A stretch of DNA of 64,000 nucleotides. Origin: Methanobacteriota archaeon. GTDB taxonomy: Archaea; Thermoplasmatota; Thermoplasmata; SG8-5; DAIRED01. A program made the position numbers and the translations under genes. Where the stretch lies: positions 32,001 to 96,000 of the forward strand of contig JAZDNO010000002.1 of NCBI GenBank assembly GCA_043799545.1, in the 5' to 3' direction. Numbering within the stretch: the first letter of the stretch is position 1; the number at the start of each line of letters is the position of its first letter. Below are positions 27,137-38,000 of this stretch, in pieces. The notes under the pieces are model-generated. The model was given only the letters and a program-made list of their open reading frames with translations. It did no database searches and was not told where the DNA came from.

Positions 27137-27727
27137 CTAATAATGCCACTGGAAGTAGATATATTACCATATGGATTTTTAAATAAGTATCAAAGCTTTA
27201 GATACAATCGTCATTCACCTGAAGTAATGGCTGCTAAAATAATTAAAATCATTATGGGTTCAAATATAAAAGGTATAAAGAGCAATATGATTAACATGTT
27301 CTCGGAAAGTCCCTCATTTGATAAAGCAAAATGTAGGGCTAAAATGCTTAAAAAATTTAATAATTTTACCCGAGACGAAATTAATTATATCATTGAAAGT
27401 AGCATTAAAAATGACCAAATATATAATTCATTTGGTGCGAGGGATGTATTACTTGAATTTTTAAAGACATACGAAGGCCAAATCGTAGAAAAAAATATTG
27501 ATAAACTAAAGGATATTTTTTCAAAAAATCCTATAAGTGGTTAGTAATTTGTAATCACCGTATGCCACTCTGCCATTCCCTTCTGAAGCAATTTCCTTCG
27601 TGCGCTCCGCTGTTTGTATTCAATCGGTTCTGAAAGCCGGAGTTAGGTTATTAATAGGCGAATACCCATCATTGGACCGTGAGCGCGAATAGGAACCGTC
27701 ACTTGGGGGCGAACGGAGGGCGCGAGT

Positions 27728-28102
27728 ATGCCATTATTGTTAGCTAGCCATCGAATGCGAACACTTCTTGAGAACTTATCTGATTCATTACTTTCTAAAT
27801 GTCCAAGTATAGAATGGAACGACTCTGATCAATGGAGAACTTTTAAAACAAAACAAAATGGATTAGTTTTTGTTCGTATCAGACCATACAAAGATTCAAT
27901 TGCCATTTTTCCACATTTACCACTATCATATATGGAACAGATCGAATCTTTTAAGGTGTTTCCGGTGTCTGGCAAAAAATGGGAGAAGAAAAGACCATTT
28001 CGTTTTAATATCGTAAAACAGGAACAGATTCAGGAAACGATTCACATTTTAATGGATGCTAATTACTATACAATCAATGGAACGTTAGAGCACCCACCAT
28101 GA
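27728..28102 (+). CDS. Hypothetical protein (possible DUF5655-like fold)
   Basis: 124-aa AT-rich ORF; the pattern W.TFK...FVRIRP...W resembles DUF5655-type proteins only loosely. Confidence 0.5.
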   Translation: MPLLLASHRMRTLLENLSDSLLSKCPSIEWNDSDQWRTFKTKQNGLVFVRIRPYKDSIAIFPHLPLSYMEQIESFKVFPVSGKKWEKKRPFRFNIVKQEQIQETIHILMDANYYTINGTLEHPP

Positions 28103-28202
28103 GCCCCCTCCCCCGTGCATGCCATAGAACGACGAAAGGGGGCGTTGATGATGGTATGTTTAAGTCCGCCGAGGAGGATAGCGGATGCGGAGGCGACAAG
28201 TC

Positions 28203-28260
28203 ATGCAATACTCGGGGTTGGACGTGCACAAGGAGTTTTGCCATGGGACAGTGCTGACGG
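28203..28260 (+). pseudogene. 5' remnant of an IS110-family transposase
   Basis: GGAGG SD, then MQYSGLDVHKEFCHGTVLT, matching the GLDVHK N-terminal RuvC-like strand of IS110 recombinases; similarity ends after ~19 codons. Confidence 0.5.
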
Positions 28261-28356
28261 TTCTGTTGCGTTGTAGAGTTATAGCAACCGCCAAGGATGG
28301 ACTGTTGCATCGCAGTTGCTGACGGATTGCTTCTCCTCACCTGGCCAAGTATAATC

Positions 28357-28629
28357 CTATTTCTCCAACTCTTCGTCCACTTTGCTCAGAAGGGTTGCCA
28401 CGCGCTTGCCTTTGTCGGTCAGGGAGATTAGCCGCCTCCCGCCGAACTTGTCCTCGGTTTTCTCGACAATCAGACCGTCGGCCCTCAGCTCGCCCAGCCT
28501 TGAGCTTATCGTGCTGATGCTGCCGCCCGTGGCTTCGGCTAGCTTGGAGAACGGGATGGCCTTTCCCTCTTGGTGAATGGCGATGAGTACGTCCATCGAT
28601 TTGCTACGTTCCAAATTTCTGAGACTCAT
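28357..28629 (-). CDS. Winged helix-turn-helix regulator (ArsR/MarR/HxlR-like)
   Basis: FSKLAEATGGSISTISSRLGELRADGLI...RRLISLTDKGKRVA. Confidence 0.88.
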   Translation of the reverse strand: MSLRNLERSKSMDVLIAIHQEGKAIPFSKLAEATGGSISTISSRLGELRADGLIVEKTEDKFGGRRLISLTDKGKRVATLLSKVDEELEK

Positions 28630-28742
28630 AGAACGGGTATCGACGGGGGCGCAAATATTCCTTGTTTTTACTATTATAGGAAATTAATATATCATTCTTC
28701 TGCCATAACCCTACTTATTGCAGAAACAAGTAGGTGGTCGGA

Positions 28743-28880
28743 ATGGCTGACGAAATGGACGAGATTATCGAGATGGTGGCCCGGTGGGTGAGGCCTAACG
28801 TTGACATGGCAGAGCTGAAGGCATCCCCGTTCTACGGCTCGGTCAAGAATAAGGTCGAGGAACTGATAGGCAGGGAGTAA
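28743..28880 (+). CDS. 45-aa hypothetical protein divergent from the wHTH gene, missed by the ORF track
   Basis: MADEMDEIIEMVARWVRPNVDMAELKASPFYGSVKNKVEELIGRE with a GGTGG SD. Confidence 0.5.
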   Translation: MADEMDEIIEMVARWVRPNVDMAELKASPFYGSVKNKVEELIGRE

Positions 28881-29075
28881 TCTCTGTGCGGTCACGTGGT
28901 GGCATCTTTTTATCTATCCTAGTTGTGCTAGAATTCGTTATCAAGTATCAGACTGTGCTCTCCTCGTCGGTCAACTGCCCTCCTTTTGCTTCCGTTCACA
29001 AATCAGTTTACAAAACAGATTATATACACCCTATCCTATCTCATCATCGCAATACGCTAGGAGAGAGGGGTCGCG

Positions 29076-32000
29076 ATGAGAACATTTACCAAGGCGCTGG
29101 CGACGGTGTGTGTAGGCGTAATGTGCTTGACCGCACTCCAGAACGTTTCTGCCGGAGCTTATGACGAGGGGGAAGACATGGATATTTTCACGGATTCCCT
29201 TGGGAACAGGCATATGGTCTGGAGGGAATTAGTCAACGGGGTTTATCAGGTATTCTATAGCCTAGAGATTGTCGATGATGAATACACGACAAACTATCAG
29301 TCTTATATGACACAGACCATTAACCAGAACTTAAATTTCGACGACGGGTACCTTACCATCCAGAATTGCCAAATTAATGGAAATTTAAAATTAACTCGCG
29401 CACAGGTCTCAATCATCAATTGTACGATAAATGGAAATGTTAAAATCGATATGGGAACGATGATAATCCGTTCAACTTCGTTACATGGAAACCTGGATAT
29501 TAAAAATGCGAATTTAGAATTACGGGTTAACGAAATCAATGGGAACGTTAAATCTCAGACAAATACGGATTTGTTTTTCCAAACTGTTATCACAGGCAAT
29601 GAGATTGATGGAAATCTAGATTTAAAGAGTGGTATCTGCTACGTGGTTGGTAACTCAGTAAATGGGAATCTCGATATCAAGTCTCCGGCCACAATTCAGT
29701 CGGTGAGTGATAACGATGTGAATGGAATGATCAAATTAACAAGCGATACAAGTGGTTTTAATGGAATCCAGATAACCAATTTAACGACCAATGCAGCATA
29801 TCCGCAATGTGCAATGGACCCAACAACTGGATTATTCTACATAATATGGGTCACGAATGAAGGTGGGTACAGGGCATGGTATAGCGGTAGTGACGATGTG
29901 GTCGAATGGAGCCTTCCTTATGTTACCGACGTTGTTATCAATACGTGTGACAATCCGCAGATGGATTTTATAGCGTATGGTGGAACCCTGAGCATCTCAT
30001 GGTTGCAGTATGGCAATGCTCAAATTGTTGCTGACTTGGACTTTGATATGATTCCAGACATTAGTGACGTTAATCCATTAACATATGATTCTCAAATCGG
30101 TATTGGAACGTTTAGCCCGGATGTTATCATGGCGGATGGTACGATGGGAATCAGTGTCGCTATTGATTACGCGACGAATTTGACTATCAAACCGACACTC
30201 GCCATAGCCTCGTGTCCGATTCTAAATGCTAATTATGGGCCTTATTTTAGCGTTACAATAGGGTCATCAGATAATTTCACCGCCATCATTAAAATGAAGT
30301 TTGACCCGAATGCACTCTCCACTGACACAATCAAATACCTGCGTATGTACTGGCTTAGGGACGATACGAATTGGAAAATATTAAAAAATGTTTCCGCTGG
30401 GGAGGATACAGGGGTTGATTTGGACAATGGATATGTTTGGGCAGTTACTGCTCATTTCAGTACATTCACAACCGCGGATTCTTCAATGGTGGATTCTGAT
30501 TCTGATGGACTTACCGATGCCCAGGAGATAAATGCTGATGGAAGCTTACCTATTGTTATCGATAAATTTTCAGACGATTCAGCGGAAAGAAGTTTGATAT
30601 TCAGCGGTTCAGACAGCCAAACTGTATGGTTGAAAGTTCCTATTAGCCAGATTGACATACTTCGCGCATCATCAACCCAGATGGATGTTACAAGTAAATT
30701 ATTCCAAATGTCAGTTCAGCAGATGTTATACAATGATGATGCTGCAGTTTATCAGTTAAGTCCCCAGATATATGAGGATAAGGTGATTTGGTGCGACAAT
30801 CGATACGATACAGTTTCAGGAAAATGCGCAGTATTTTTGAAAACAATTGGAACACCTGATGAAATACAATTATCTTCGATTAATGAAAATTCTGGAAACG
30901 CGAAAATATCGGGTAATTATGTAGTGTGGTCTACATATAGCTCAACAAGCAATAAGATTAGCGTTTATAATATTGAACGGAATGAGATAATCCAAAGTTT
31001 TGGGGTAAGTGCCGGTGATTTGGATATTTATGGTGATATAATGGTGTGGAGCGAAATGAGCGTTTACGGACCAGACTATCTATATACCTACAAAATCAGC
31101 ACACAAGAACTTCAACAAATTACTACAACGGATTGTGGAGCCACTCATATATATGGCGATTATATAGCATATCATGATCATACGCAGGGTGGATTGTGGC
31201 TATATCAGCTATCGACTCAACAATATACGAGAATCACGACTGCGGGTGTGAATCCCTGGATGCTCGATATTGATGACCGATATGTTGCATATTTAGATAT
31301 AACTTCAAATGATATATATGCCTATGTCCTAGCTACGGGTGATACGATTCGATTGACCAATACATTTTCGTATGAAAGCAATCCCTCAGTCGACGGTGGA
31401 ATTGTTCTCTGGACTGATTATAGAAATGGCGATCCGGACATATATGGTTTTGACATTCTAAAAAATTTTGAGATTCCAATATGTGTTGCATCAGGTAATC
31501 AGGGAGCTGCATCAAAATATGGAGATAATATCGTATGGCAAGACCAGCGAAATAGTCCACTTCCAAGAATATATAGGGGAACAATCGGAACTCCATCTAT
31601 TTCTATTGCTATTGGAGATAGAAACTTAGATAATATTGTGATGGACGGGACGAATTCAGAGTTCCCAGATTTTTCTGTGCCATTAAATTATTATCTTTCG
31701 ACACATAGTGATAGTGATGATGGGGTATCAGACAACTTTATCTCCGTGCCGCTGGCATTCTCAACAACAGCTGTGGGGGAATTGACATTTTCAAACCTGG
31801 AAATCAATATTTATCCTGCCCTTACAGATCCAGTGAATTGGGATACGGACGGCGAGGGTCTTTCCGATGGTGATGAAGTATTGATGTATTTTACGGATCC
31901 ATGCGACATTGATACAGACGACGATAAATTGTCTGACTATGATGAACTCATGGGAATCTATCATGGGTATATCAGCGACCCAAATAATCCTGACACAGAT

Positions 32001-35000
32001 GGGGATAAAATAAACGATGGTGTTGAGGTAAATGTTTTATCGACTCAAAATTCGGAAATTAATACATTTACTGATGGATTTTCTACAAAAGATATTATCT
32101 TCACAGAAGCTGGTAGCCAAACAATCTCATTTGAGATTCCAATCACTGCTGAAGCAATAGAGTATGCGCAGGCTTCATCAGTGCAATTTGCATGCCAGGA
32201 ATACTTGGTGATTGACAAAACTAAATACCATCATAAACTCGCGATGAATGATAACACAATTGTTTGGGCAGATAAAGTCGATGGAAATTACGACATTAAA
32301 TCATATAATTTTATCAATGATGTTAGTAACCAGATACCGACTCTATCGGGCGATCAGGTGGAACCTGCAATGTACAATAATATCGTTGTATGGACCGATT
32401 ATAGAAATGATGCGGATGGTAAATACACCGGTACAGGAGATAATGGTGATATTTACCTGTACAATATCGCTACTGGGGTTGGAAAATACATTTCTTCTTC
32501 CACGCAAAATGATTTTGATCCGGCAATTTATGGAAATTACGTTGTGTGGGTAAGAGAGAACAACAATCAACACGATATAATATTGTATGATATAGAGAAG
32601 GGGTATGAAAATTCTGCGACTGGCGAAATCGCAACACTTGGTGGGATGCCATATAATCAATTCGAGCCTAGCATTTGGGGACAAAGGATTGTCTGGACAG
32701 ACTCAAGAGATGGAAATTTAAACATCTATATGCATGACATCAGCACTGGAATAACAATTCCTGTTACAAACAATCAAGCGATTCAAGATTCACCTTGCAT
32801 ATATGAAGATGTTATTGTATGGCGAGACAATAGAAATTCAAATTGGGACATATATTCATGTACTGTGGGTACATCAGGAGAAAATAAATTATCGAAGATG
32901 TCAAGTAATGAGTTTTCTCCAATGGTCTGGCAGGCCGGAGTAGTGTGGACAAAGGCTAATGATGACCATTTTGATGCCCAATGGTATAGCGATGGAGTAA
33001 CGCTTACCACATTCCCGCATTCTACCTTAACCGACCAATTACTTTGCACGGCATGGGGACAAAATATTGCTTGGATTGATTCCTCAGGATCCGGGTCAAA
33101 AATAACTATTTATTCGGTTGGGGATGCCCCTCAGGCAACAATCACGAGCATAACGCCGGATCCTGCATCGCCAGATACTTATACATTCCAAGGAATTGGG
33201 TCTGCCGCCGGGAGTGCTACGATAATGGATTACAGGTGGTACTCCGACCTTGACGGTCTGCTGAGTTCGGCAGATACCTTTACTACATCGAGTATGACGA
33301 AGGGAACACATGATATATCATTTACAGTTAGATCAAGCAACGGTTTGTGGGCTATTCCATTCCACTCAACAATCGTGATAAATAATGATATTCCAATTGC
33401 ATACATATCTTCGATATCCGCAAACGCAGTCATAAAAGGCCAATCCGTCACATTCTATGGATTGGGAACGGATTCAGATGGCTCGATCGTAAAGTATCGT
33501 TGGGTATCCAGTCTGGATGGGGACATCGGTAGCCAAGCATCATTGGCAACAAATATGTTGTCCTCTGGTAACCATGAGATATTTTTCTCAGTCATGGATG
33601 ATGCTGGTGAGTGGTCTACAGTTGTTTCATCCGGTCCAATAATAGTTTCGGAGAGTTCAGTCACGACGGGAAACATACCGACAGGGGGTGGCATGATATG
33701 GCAATCTACCTATCCAAGGTTGATCAGCATCCAAGTCACGGCTGGAGCCTCCTCAAACTTCGGAATATCCGTTGATGGAAGAACCTCCAGAAATGTAAAG
33801 AACAGTGGGACGTATTCGTATGTTGGATATGCTACATCGATTTCTCTGAGTTCTTTTGATAGTGGCGAATCCGGAACATATTCAGTGCTCCCTGGCATCC
33901 TCACATCTTATAGTGGTAATATAAAGAGCGAAGATGTCATATGGGAATCGGATGTATTACGTGAAGTAACTGTCAAAGTTGTTTCAAATACAGGGGAATT
34001 CGAAATTAATGCGAATGGGAATTGGAGGTCACTAGCCAATTTGGGAACGTATTGGTACGTGGGTAGAACCGGTTCCATCGGAATTGATTCTCCTGGGGGA
34101 TCGTTTAGTGGAACATACCAAATAACACTGGGCATATTAAATGGCTATTCAGGATTATTCTACGATTCCGGTTCTACGGAGGTAGTCTGGGAATCAGATA
34201 CGGCGAGGGATGCGACAGTGAGGGTAACATCAACGAGTGGAACATTCTCTGTGAATGCGAATGGGAATGCGAGAACAATGGCATACCCGGGGACGTACTG
34301 GTATGTCGGGATTACGAGTTGCGTACAAATGACATACGTAGGTTCAGGAGACAGTGGGAATTACGAGATAATATTAGGAGTGCCAGGCAGTGCGAGCAGT
34401 TACACTGGAACATTCGCGTATGCTGCATCGACCCAAGTTGTCTGGGAATCTGACACAGCGAGAGTAGCGACTGTAAAAGTTTCATCAACAAGTGGGTCAT
34501 TTGCAGTAAACGCGAATGGCAATACGAGGTCGATAGCATCACCAGGTACATACTGGTATATTGGGAGTACGAACTGTGTACAACTGTCATCGATGGATTC
34601 TGGGGATGGGGGAAATTACGTAATAACGTTGGGAGTAGTTGATACGCCATATGGTTATTCTGGCACTATTTCCGATGCCGGCACCAGTGAAGTAGTCTGG
34701 GAATCCGATATCGACCGATTGATGACAGTGAAGGTGGTATCGACAGACCCAGACCTCGGAGATACCTTCTCTGTAAAAATCGACGGAGCTACACGAGCAA
34801 CATTAGCCAAGCCTGGCACATATTGGTATGTTGGTAATATTCATCTTGTAGAGTTAAGTTTATTCGGTCCAGATGATGCAGGGATATACGAGATAAAAAA
34901 CGGTATAGCTGAGAGTTACTCGGGGTCATTATTCCACGATGGCGTTAGCGGTGGGAGCGAGGTAATTTGGGAATCGGATACATCCATTCTCGGATGCCAG

Positions 35001-38000
35001 GTCGACATCGTGGCATCATCTGGATCTTTCACAGCGTCGGTTAATGGCGGTTCAACAGTAACAGTATCTGCAACAACTCCATTATCCTACACAGGAGCGT
35101 TGTATTCCATCGTCATTTCCAGCTTTTCAAGCTCTGATACTGGTTCCTATCAAATAACACGAACAAATCAGGCTCCAGTAGCAGAAATAATTTCGATATC
35201 TCCAAACCCAGTTACAGCAGGATCAGCAATTACATTCGTCGGCTCTGGAACGGATTCTGATGGATTTATCGATGGATATTCGTGGTCGATATGGGTTATC
35301 GGAGGGTGCGATCCCGCAGTATTCACTAATACTCAGACATTCTCATGGGTTACGACTATTGTTGGTACACATACCGTATATTTTTCTGTGTGTGATGATG
35401 ATGGCGTCTGGGCATCATCTGATATCGCAACGATAACTGTAACCGCGGCCTCTTCGATCATCTCAATACCAGCCCCAATGATTTATGAGGATAAACTACC
35501 CTCATCGAATTATAACTGTGGCAATTCAATAAATGACCCAACTCTCCTTACAACCGTACCATCTGAATTGCCTATTGCATCCATCGATTCGATTGGACCA
35601 TCTCCATCGAGATACAACGAACTTGTTACAATGAGAGGGCATGGAACGGGAGCCAATGGTCGGACAATCAAAGCATTTAGCTGGAGGTCCGGTGCAACAG
35701 CATTGGGTACATCTGCCACGACATCAACGCAATCATTGAGTGCTGGTATCCACATCATCTATTTCAAGGTCCAAGACAGCTCTGGTCTATGGTCTGAAGA
35801 AGTTGGGAGTGTTCTAGTCGTGAAAAGTAATATTCCGCCAATGGCTTTGATTTCGGCACCAATGGATAGCGCGGTGTTCGTATTTGGCGAGGACATCGTG
35901 TTCAATGCAGGGACAAGCTCAGACTCCAACAACGACAGGTTGACGTTCAACTGGGACTTCGGTGATGGAGCTACAAGTACTAATGTGGTATCTCATCATG
36001 CCTACATTATAGCTGATAATAATCAAAACCAGGAAACTACGTATACAATCCGATTGACAGTCAATGATGGAATACTCGTGTCCGAGACTTCGATTCATAT
36101 CCATGTACGGTCGAATATTATGCCGACAATAAGTTACACTCCAAATATTCGGACTACCTTAAATTATGAATACAAATCGACTCTAGCATCTCCTACCATA
36201 TCCGTAGAGGTGGCGAATGATGATTGGACCAATCAAAATTTCCGATTGACGACAGAAACTATTTCGTTAACAAAAGGCATCAACAATTATCTAACATTAT
36301 TCCATCAAGCGAATGTTGCAGGTACTGCGACTATAGTGTTAAAAATTTCGTCCACCTCTGCAGGACTAATACGCGTTTCCAGTCTCTTCGTTCAAGTTTC
36401 AATCCTCGTGCTCGATTCTTCTTTCCCAGATACCGACCTTGACAACCTTGATGACGGAATCGAAGTATATGTGCACGGAACAAATCCATGTGTGCAGGAT
36501 ACGGATGGCGACACTTTGTCCGATTACTACGAGATAATGGGCACCCCGACCAGACCAGAGTTTCGTTCTGACCCGCTCTTATGGGACACAGATAACGATG
36601 GCTTAAACGATTATGAAGAATATTCTTATATCGGGTTAAATCCGCAGAACCGTGACACTGACGGAGACTACCTATTTGATGGTGATGAATTATATCCATC
36701 GTTATACCATAAAGATTGGTTGTACACACCGTATTCGTCAAATCCCTTGAATCCGCATTCTGACAATGATGGGTTGAATGACCATGCCGAAGCCATATTC
36801 TTGTGCAACCCAAAAGCCGTAGATACCGACCGTGATTACCTTTGGGATGGTGATGAAATCGATCCAATTAATTTCCATAAAGACTACTACGAGACCGCTT
36901 TCTCATCTAGTCCAACGGTAATGGATTCAGACGCAGATGGGCTGACTGACTATGAGGAAGCCAGATACCAATCGAATCCGATGACGAGTAATTCTGATGA
37001 GGATGGAATAAGCGACCCAGACGAGTTAACATATTTGTTGAATACTCCAAGATACCACTCATCGGGTGAAGGAACAATCATATATGGTGAGCAAACGTAC
37101 AATTTTATCGTAGAAATGCCTCCAATTTATGGAACAGTACAAATGGTATATCTTTATCTAAGAATAATGTACCCATATCTGGGATGGCAATTTACCCTAA
37201 GTTATTCAAGCCAGGGAGTCACAATCAACCAATTTGAAATAGAATATTCAACTGAGCAATACCTTGTGGGGGCACACGATCCAGACTGGTACCACCCATT
37301 GACACTTACCAAGGGAAGCGTCTGGACTTTGTCCGTTTATAGTCCCGAACCGTATGTTCTCGATATTCTACAGGAATTTTCATTGTTATTCTATAAATCT
37401 CCCTCGCCAACGCTCACGGACAGTGACGGGGACGGATGGAACGACAGCCTCGAAATCGGACAGGGCACGGACCCTACATACTGGAACGATATTTCTGTAG
37501 GACTTGACACAGACGGTGACGGGTTGAGCAACAGCGTAGAAGACGCAGACGGAGACGGGGCGATAGACGGCGATACAAACAACAATGGCATTATTGATTA
37601 TGGCGAGATTTGGCATGAAACAAACCCGAACAATCCTGATTCAGACGGGGACGGCCTGTGGGATGGGGATGAAATCGACCCGATAACAATCCATAAAGAT
37701 GCGTATGAAACAAAATTCCCATCAGACCCAAAGCTGAAAAACTCGGATTCTGATACCTTGGATGATAGGCAGGAGGCTATATACCAGTCCAATCCGAAAT
37801 TGAAGCACTCAGACAACGACGGGCTGGATGACGCACAAGAGATAGCATTTGGGTGCAGTCCGACAAACCCAGACAGCGATGTTATCAACGGCATGATGGT
37901 CGGCGACGGCCTATACGATGGTTGGGTCGATACTAACGGTGATGGAGTATACAACGCGGGAGAGCCCAAGGGCGAACTCGGCGATCCTGACCTGGGATAT

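Larger units (their letters stand above)
26162..27544 (+). pseudogene. TIR-domain protein (227 aa when restored) interrupted by an IS200-type element
   Basis: 5' part IFYSYSHLD...FLAHEDIQPS..W..EI...WTDQECGMA; 3' part MPLEVDILPYGFLNKYQ. Removing 26438-27136 (699 bp) rejoins the frame as ...NKKLIMPLEVD.... Confidence 0.9.

Noticed and set aside
26438-27141. CTAAT as a classical target-site duplication of a DDE transposon
   Set aside because: The transposase is HUH/Y1 type with subterminal hairpins and no terminal inverted repeats; identity of the target motif and the element end explains the repeat.
27590-27730. Integron attC-like site between the TIR and 124-aa genes
   Set aside because: There is an imperfect inverted repeat and a GTTAGGT, but no matching RYYYAAC core or correct box spacing, and the integrase lacks an evident IntI insertion.
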